Positions 57,618 to 64,000 of a DNA stretch of 64,000 bases are shown piece after piece. The stretch comes from Deltaproteobacteria bacterium. GTDB lineage: Bacteria; JAGRBM01; JAHCIT01. The DNA is taken from positions 1-64,000 of the forward strand of contig JAHCIT010000007.1 of assembly GCA_026129095.1 (NCBI GenBank). The letters are read 5' to 3'. A program made the translations under genes and the position numbers. The notes beneath the pieces are model-generated. The model was not told the DNA's origin and searched no databases. It saw nothing but the letters and a program-made list of their open reading frames with translations. Positions within the stretch are counted from its first letter, which is position 1; every line of letters starts with the position of its first letter.

Positions 57618-60137
57618 CTATTTCGACTTCGCCACGTAGGCGCCGTCCCAGTTCTCGGGCGGCGGGGAAACGAGATATTCCTTCGTACGCTTCAGGAAAA
57701 CGCCAGCAGGCCCATCCTTGGGGTTCATGGAGAGAATCTTCTCAAACAACTCGATCGCGCCGGGGAAATCACGCCCCATGTGCCGCTTCATCGCCTCATC
57801 CCAGATTGGCATTATGTCAGCCAGGACTCCGGTTGTCGTTCCCTTTTTCCCAAACAGCTCGTAAACCTTCACCGGCTTGGTCTTCCCCTTGACGACAAGA
57901 AGATCGAGGAACCTGCAATCAATAGCGTCCTTGGCCTGATTATAGGTCTCCTCGCCAATCATCAGATAAATCCCGTACGCCTTGCACTGGGATTCAAGAC
58001 GTGCGGCGAGGTTCACCGTGTCGCCCATCATCGTGTAGTTAAACCGCGACTGGCTGCCCATGTTACCGATGACCATCGGACCGGTATTGAGCCCGATCCG
58101 CATCCGGACCTGAGGGAGCCCCTGCTTGACCCATTCTTCGCGGAGTTCCGCCAGCTTGACCTGCATGTCGATGGCGGAATGGCAGGCGCGGACGGCGTGA
58201 TCCTCGAACGGGATCGGGGCGCCGTAGAACGACACGATGGCATCGCCGATATACTTGTCCACGGTCGCGTCATACTGGTAGGCGATATTGGTCATTTCAG
58301 TCAGAAAGACGTTCAGGAAACTGACCAGCTCTTCTGGCTGCATTTTCTCGGAAAAAGTGGAGAACCCCTCGATGTCCGAGAAGAACGCTGTCAATATCTT
58401 CTTTTCCCCGCCGAGCTTCAGCGCACCGGGATCGTCGGCGAGCTTGGTCACCATCGCCGGGTGCAGGTAGTAGCCAAAGGCGCTCTTGATCTGGCGTTTC
58501 TCCTTCTCCTCCGTGGCATAGCGGTAAATCGTAATGGCCGAGTAGCTCGCCACCACCGAGAACAGCGGGAAAATCAGGTTGAGCCACACGCCGCGCTGGA
58601 AGACATAGAAATTGAGCCAAATGACCCCCGCCATGACGAACACCGTGATCAGGGCGCCCGAAACCGCCGACAGGCGCGGGACAATCACCGCCATCAGGAT
58701 CGCGATCACCAGCATGATGAACAGGTCCTGGACGTAGGTGACCGGATTCGGAGCGAACTTGAAATCCTGGTTCAGCAGGTTGTTGATCACCGCCGCATGG
58801 ATCTCGACACCTGGGAGCGCCTTCTCGAATGGCGTTGTCCTAAGATCGTACACGCCGATAGATGTCGCCCCGAACAGGACGATCTTGTCCTTGAAGGTTC
58901 CTGGCGGGTAGTTCCCCGATACGGCGTCGGCGAAGCTGATGTGCGGATATGTCCCTTTGCCGCCGTAGTAGTTGATCAGAAGCCGGCCGCGATCATCGGT
59001 TGGGATCAGGATATACCGGTCATCCTGATCGGGACCGATCCCTACCTGCGAGATCAGGTTCCCGTAGTTGTCATATTCAAACGCGATCGCCGCCTCCGGA
59101 CTATATCGTTTCAGATAGGTCAGGGTCGTCTCTACAGCCAGCGATGTGAACACATCCTCGTCGTGCCGGAGGAATACCTCATGACGGCGAATGATTCCGT
59201 CCTCATCCTGTTCGGCATTGAAATACCCGAAATGGGCACCCTTGCGTGACAATATTTCCAGGTTCGGAAGCACACCGATGGCGGACGGTATGGCGATATA
59301 GGGGTCGTTCGCGGTGCGTTCCCCCCGTTCGATCGCATTCATCACCCGGCTGGGGTACTGGAGCTCAAATCCCTTGACGATCTGCTCCATCGGCAGATCG
59401 CCGATTTCGGCCTTGTCCTTGAACATGACATAGCCGAGCACAATCCGGTCACGGTATTTCTCAATGATCTGGGCGAATGCCTCGTCCGATCCAAAATTGG
59501 CTGCTTCCTCGATTTCCTTCTGGAGCCGTATCCGGGATTGTTCTACCAGCCCCTGCTGGCGCCTGAGGTCTGCCATCAGCGCCTCGAACTGGCTGCGCGG
59601 CGTCTCATCGGGGAGTTGCTCCAGCAGCCGGTTCATCCGGGCATCCAGGTCGGACGGGAGCAGGATCTTGTCCCTGAAGTAGGTTTTTTCCAGCCGTGTC
59701 ACCAGCTCATGGAATACCGACTTGACCGTCTGGTCATTGGGATCAGGTTCGGCGAATACGGCGTCGAACCCCAGCACGGCCGCGCCATCCTCCATGATGT
59801 TCTCGATGCCCCGGCCGATCACCCGGCGCTGCCAGGGCCACCGTCCCAGTTCCTTGTTGGCCTTCTCGTCGATCGTCACGATCACGATACGCGGATCGGC
59901 CGGACGGGTACCGGTCATGAGGAACCGGTAGTCGTATGCCTTGCTCTCAATCTGGTTGATGAATGAAAGCCCCTGCGTCTGGAACAGATAGTGAAGCGTG
60001 TTGACGGGGTGCATCACCTTGAGCACATAGACCGCCGCCAGAACCAAGAAGACAAAAAATGAGAGTTTGGCGGGAGACAGTCCCAGCCACTTGCGCAACA
60101 CACTCCGGCCGCTGCTGCCGCTACCCTTGTCTGCCAT
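57618..60137 (-). CDS. CHASE2-domain class III adenylate/guanylate cyclase
   Basis: IDE..LGRWPW, PGVEIHA, 3 TMs, FSDIEGFS, KYIGDAI, GDTVNLAARLE. Confidence 0.94.
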   Translation of the reverse strand: MADKGSGSSGRSVLRKWLGLSPAKLSFFVFLVLAAVYVLKVMHPVNTLHYLFQTQGLSFINQIESKAYDYRFLMTGTRPADPRIVIVTIDEKANKELGRWPWQRRVIGRGIENIMEDGAAVLGFDAVFAEPDPNDQTVKSVFHELVTRLEKTYFRDKILLPSDLDARMNRLLEQLPDETPRSQFEALMADLRRQQGLVEQSRIRLQKEIEEAANFGSDEAFAQIIEKYRDRIVLGYVMFKDKAEIGDLPMEQIVKGFELQYPSRVMNAIERGERTANDPYIAIPSAIGVLPNLEILSRKGAHFGYFNAEQDEDGIIRRHEVFLRHDEDVFTSLAVETTLTYLKRYSPEAAIAFEYDNYGNLISQVGIGPDQDDRYILIPTDDRGRLLINYYGGKGTYPHISFADAVSGNYPPGTFKDKIVLFGATSIGVYDLRTTPFEKALPGVEIHAAVINNLLNQDFKFAPNPVTYVQDLFIMLVIAILMAVIVPRLSAVSGALITVFVMAGVIWLNFYVFQRGVWLNLIFPLFSVVASYSAITIYRYATEEKEKRQIKSAFGYYLHPAMVTKLADDPGALKLGGEKKILTAFFSDIEGFSTFSEKMQPEELVSFLNVFLTEMTNIAYQYDATVDKYIGDAIVSFYGAPIPFEDHAVRACHSAIDMQVKLAELREEWVKQGLPQVRMRIGLNTGPMVIGNMGSQSRFNYTMMGDTVNLAARLESQCKAYGIYLMIGEETYNQAKDAIDCRFLDLLVVKGKTKPVKVYELFGKKGTTTGVLADIMPIWDEAMKRHMGRDFPGAIELFEKILSMNPKDGPAGVFLKRTKEYLVSPPPENWDGAYVAKSK

Positions 60138-60161
60138 TTCCCCGTATCCCCTTGCCGGTGC

Positions 60162-60938
60162 CTATTGTGGCGCCTTGAGCCCCAGTTCCCGCATGACTGC
60201 CTTCAGATCCTCCCACGCGAACTTCTTCTGGTTCGGATCCCTGAGCAGGTAGGCGGGATGAAATGTGGGCATCACTTTAATACCCCCGTCGAACTTGTGC
60301 CACCGGCCCCGGATCTTGGTAATACCTTCTGCTGTATTGAGCACGAACCGGGTGGACGGCGCCCCCAGGGTGACAATCACCTCGGGACCGATGGCCCGTA
60401 TCTGCCTCAAGAGGAAGGGGGAACAGGCCGCCGTTTCATCGGGCTCTGGGGGCCGGTCCTTCTGGAACCTGAGATCGACCGTCGGACGGCATTTGACGAT
60501 ATTGGCAATATAGACATCTTCGCGTTTTAACCCCATCGCCTCGATCATTTTGGTCAGGAGCTGACCCGCCTTGCCAACAAAGGGGCGCCCTTGCAGGTCT
60601 TCGTCCTTGCCCGGACCTTCACCGATGAACATGAGCCGGGCGCGAGGGTTGCCCTCGCCGAATGCTATCTTTGTCCGTGTCCCGGCAAGCTTGCACCGCT
60701 GGCAATCACCCAGGTCAGTCTGGATATCCTCCAGGGTTTCTCCTCTGGTAGTTGCTCCCGATTCAGTAGATGTCTCCGGCTCGCGCAACTTGTCCATCGT
60801 TTCTGGCTGCCCACGCCCGTCAGATACGGCTAGCCCTGATCCGGACCCGGCTGCCAGCGGAGCCACATGAAGCCAGTCGATGCCGATCGACTGATAGTAT
60901 TCAGCCGTTGCGAGAAGACGCTTTCGGTCAGCGGTCAC
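60162..60938 (-). CDS. Uracil-DNA glycosylase family 4 (Fe-S)
   Basis: [35 protein letters not shown] start with AGGAG RBS. Confidence 0.92.
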   Translation of the reverse strand: MTADRKRLLATAEYYQSIGIDWLHVAPLAAGSGSGLAVSDGRGQPETMDKLREPETSTESGATTRGETLEDIQTDLGDCQRCKLAGTRTKIAFGEGNPRARLMFIGEGPGKDEDLQGRPFVGKAGQLLTKMIEAMGLKREDVYIANIVKCRPTVDLRFQKDRPPEPDETAACSPFLLRQIRAIGPEVIVTLGAPSTRFVLNTAEGITKIRGRWHKFDGGIKVMPTFHPAYLLRDPNQKKFAWEDLKAVMRELGLKAPQ

Positions 60939-60945
60939 CGGTCCG

Positions 60946-62286
<1,341 letters not shown>

Positions 62287-62296
62287 CGGGCCCCGG

Positions 62297-62773
62297 CTAG
62301 CTCTTCACCCGTTCGGCGATGGAGTCGAAATAGCTTTGCACATGGTCGGTGCTTTTCTGTTCCAGCGCACGGCGTATCTGTGACACCGGAAAGATGAAGC
62401 CCTCCTGGGGATGGGCAATACAGAGTTCCTTGAAACCCTCGTTATACCGCCAATCACCGCCGAAGGTCCGCCTGATCACTTCGCCCAGGTAGAAACCCAT
62501 TTCCTCAATTGTCGGATCTGAAAGGGTATTCTTGGCATAGTTGCGTTCCAGCACGGTGTCGATCGCTTTCAGGGTCGCCCGGCCGAAGTCGAGTTTTTCA
62601 CCTGTCGCCTTTTCGTGATCCCGGGCGTAGGCATCGGCTTTCTCTTTCGCATGGGTGGCAAGCCGTTCCGGGCTGGCGGAGGCGAGATCATGCGACTTGC
62701 GGCTGAACATGACTGCCAAAACAGCCACTACCGCTACAATTCCAACCAGGACCAACAGGGTCGTCATGTCCAT
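62297..62773 (-). CDS. Membrane-anchored hypothetical protein (DUF3806-like)
   Basis: N-terminal TM; LDF..TLKAID, GFYLGEVIRR..GGDW. Confidence 0.65.
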   Translation of the reverse strand: MDMTTLLVLVGIVAVVAVLAVMFSRKSHDLASASPERLATHAKEKADAYARDHEKATGEKLDFGRATLKAIDTVLERNYAKNTLSDPTIEEMGFYLGEVIRRTFGGDWRYNEGFKELCIAHPQEGFIFPVSQIRRALEQKSTDHVQSYFDSIAERVKS

Positions 62774-62904
62774 AACGGCGAGTTACTCTCCCTCAACTCC
62801 TTGTATCACTGGCCATTTTCACGGGCAATGGGCGTTGGCTACCATGGGCGGGCACCAAAACCGGCCTACCCGCAACTCGGCATGGGAGGCCAGGAGATAC
62901 AACC

Positions 62905-63726
62905 ATGCCTGAATCCATACCGTTTGCATCCACAGTGGTTCTCCTGAGACCGGGAATGGATGTGTTCCTGATGAAGCGGCACGGCAAAAGCGGCTTCATG
63001 GGCGGGGTGCATGTATTTCCGGGCGGCAAGGTGGATGAGGATGACCGCGCTGCGGACTGGACTGAAGTCATCGGGGCGGCAGCCGTCAGCCCGCTCACCA
63101 CAAAAGTTCCCGGCCTCACTGAAACCGACGCACGGGCACTCATTGTCGCCTCCATACGGGAAACCCTGGAGGAAGCGGGAGTGATTCTGGGCGGACCGGC
63201 TCCGACGGGACTGGAGGCAGTCCAGCAGAAACTGAACGCCAGCGAAATGCGGTTCCTGGACTGGGTACGCGAGACAAATGTCCGCCTCGACACTGATCGA
63301 CTGGCCTTTTTCGACCACTGGATCACACCACCCATTGAAAAAAAACGGTTCGATACATTCTTCTTCGCCGCTGCCATCCCTGAAGGCCAGACGGCGACAT
63401 CGGTCAGCCGGGAAACCACCGAAGGAGTCTGGATGCAGCCAGCCGAGGCCGTGGACCGCTATCGCGCCGGAGAGATCACGCTGGCACCCCCCACCTGCAC
63501 GACACTGCTGAGACTCTCCAGGTTCCGTGACCCCGGCGAGGCCATTGAAAGCCTCCGCCGCCGCCCCGTCGCCACCATGCTCCCCAAGGTATCGCAGGAA
63601 AATGGCCAGATGATTCTCATGCTGCCGGGCCACCCCGGCTATGGCCCACATGAAGGCGAACTGGATCCCGAAGGGCCATCCTGCGTCCGCATGAACGGCG
63701 GGAAGTGGTTCCCGGAAACCCGATGA
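62905..63726 (+). CDS. NUDIX hydrolase (NUDT19-like)
   Basis: ASTVVLLR, VFPGGKVD, RETLEEAG, HWITP..KRFDTFFF. Confidence 0.9.
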   Translation: MPESIPFASTVVLLRPGMDVFLMKRHGKSGFMGGVHVFPGGKVDEDDRAADWTEVIGAAAVSPLTTKVPGLTETDARALIVASIRETLEEAGVILGGPAPTGLEAVQQKLNASEMRFLDWVRETNVRLDTDRLAFFDHWITPPIEKKRFDTFFFAAAIPEGQTATSVSRETTEGVWMQPAEAVDRYRAGEITLAPPTCTTLLRLSRFRDPGEAIESLRRRPVATMLPKVSQENGQMILMLPGHPGYGPHEGELDPEGPSCVRMNGGKWFPETR

Positions 63727-64000
63727 AGCTCCAAAAACTCCGGGTGGCACGGAAACCCCATCCGCTCACAAGGCCCGGTTCCTTTTTCACCGTGGAAGGC
63801 TACCGCCTCGTGAACGACTACGGCGGCGGCAAGCGGTCGAAAAGTTATAATTGCGAAAGCGTCCACCGGCGGGGGACCGACGGTGTCGCGATTCTTATCT
63901 ATCGCCGGGGCCGCCGTGGTCAGACCGAAATTCTCCTCAAGGAATGCATCCGGCCGCCAATACTGCTTCGCGCCCCGCGCGTTAGGAAGAACCGACCCAA
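63723..64000 (+). CDS. Probable NUDIX hydrolase, N-terminal part (runs off the right edge)
   Basis: Manual translation MKLQK..RLVNDYGGGKRSKSYNCESVHRRGTDGVAILIY..IRPP; ATGA overlap with the upstream gene; Nudix box not inside the window. Confidence 0.55.
   Translation, partial: MKLQKLRVARKPHPLTRPGSFFTVEGYRLVNDYGGGKRSKSYNCESVHRRGTDGVAILIYRRGRRGQTEILLKECIRPPILLRAPRVRKNRP

Overview
GC-rich bacterial chromosomal window. A deltaproteobacterial (Myxococcota/Desulfobacterota-like) origin is inferred from gene content and was not verified. It holds about 57 CDSs and is dominated by lipid/acyl-CoA metabolism: two acyl-CoA ligases, acyl-CoA dehydrogenase, crotonase, MaoC hydratase, an ACAD10/LvaA-type kinase, SCP2 proteins, a fatty-acid hydroxylase, an acyltransferase and tandem esterases. 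Housekeeping genes include glnD, efp, rsgA, coaBC, a UDG, msrPQ, an amidase and MscS. The left end carries a truncated PLD-helicase (probable defence gene) beside an att-like junction. I found no rRNA, complete tRNA, CRISPR array or intact transposase/integrase. Most interesting: (1) a TetR-linked SCP2/di-iron/flavin-monooxygenase lipid cluster; (2) a JAB protease + degenerate lipoate ligase + E1/MoeB group with no visible ubiquitin-like carrier; (3) a Xis/BldC-like HTH gene flanked by 10-bp tandem repeats and a highly structured segment upstream of gdx; (4) a candidate sRNA at about 57.06-57.28 kb; (5) a shared palindromic operator in front of three acyl-CoA loci; (6) an EF-P with a PGN loop. 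All calls come from motif recognition by eye; no database searches were run.
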